Assembly (NCBI GenBank): GCA_964595465.1 | Contig: CAZQQI010000004.1 | Span: 30,195 to 94,194 of the forward strand | Length of the DNA: 64,000 nucleotides | DNA from: an uncultured Planctomycetales bacterium | GTDB lineage: Bacteria; Omnitrophota; Gorgyraeia; Zapsychrales; JANLHA01 | Reading direction: 5' to 3' | Numbering within the stretch: position 1 is the first letter of the stretch | DNA letters: not shown here | Text below: more model-generated notes on this DNA | What the model was told of the DNA's origin: nothing | The model's database searches: none | What the model saw: the letters and a program-made list of their open reading frames with translations, nothing else

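Noticed and set aside
1-64000. Alternative genetic code or non-coding DNA as the explanation for the lack of long ORFs in the track
   Set aside because: Frame +2 is open under the standard code; no stop reassignment is needed

Overview
The whole 64 kb window is an internal piece of one giant + strand reading frame (codons start at position 2; 2..64000 = 21,333 codons). It has no start or stop inside the window, which is why the supplied ORF track omits it; almost every ORF in that track is a shadow of this frame. The translated chain is a mosaic of domains and membrane segments. The first ~36 kb holds two paralogous modules, each running signal peptide -> >3,000 aa exported region -> TM -> processive glucan synthase. 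Module A ends in an apparently full-length FKS1/callose-synthase (GT48)-like synthase, a family classically known from eukaryotes. Module B carries two six-hairpin glycosidase-like domains, YD/RHS-like repeats and a GT2-like synthase. The rest is a string of enzyme-like or pseudo-enzyme domains (DUF218, 2H phosphoesterase, PD-(D/E)xK, PTS enzyme I, dGTPase-like, Glu/Leu dehydrogenase-like, GH130, zincin-like, alpha/beta hydrolase) plus TPR/HEAT repeats. These are separated by linkers ending in internal Sec-like, lipoprotein-like and prepilin-like signals, which suggests a processed polyprotein. Most unusual are two small, mutually homologous genes (187-474 and 46561-46794), each with its own AAGGAGG ribosome-binding site, overprinted in the -1 frame inside the giant ORF. 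The style resembles giant genes reported from Omnitrophota, but that taxonomy is inference. All domain calls come from manual translation and motif recall, not database searches, and domain boundaries are approximate.
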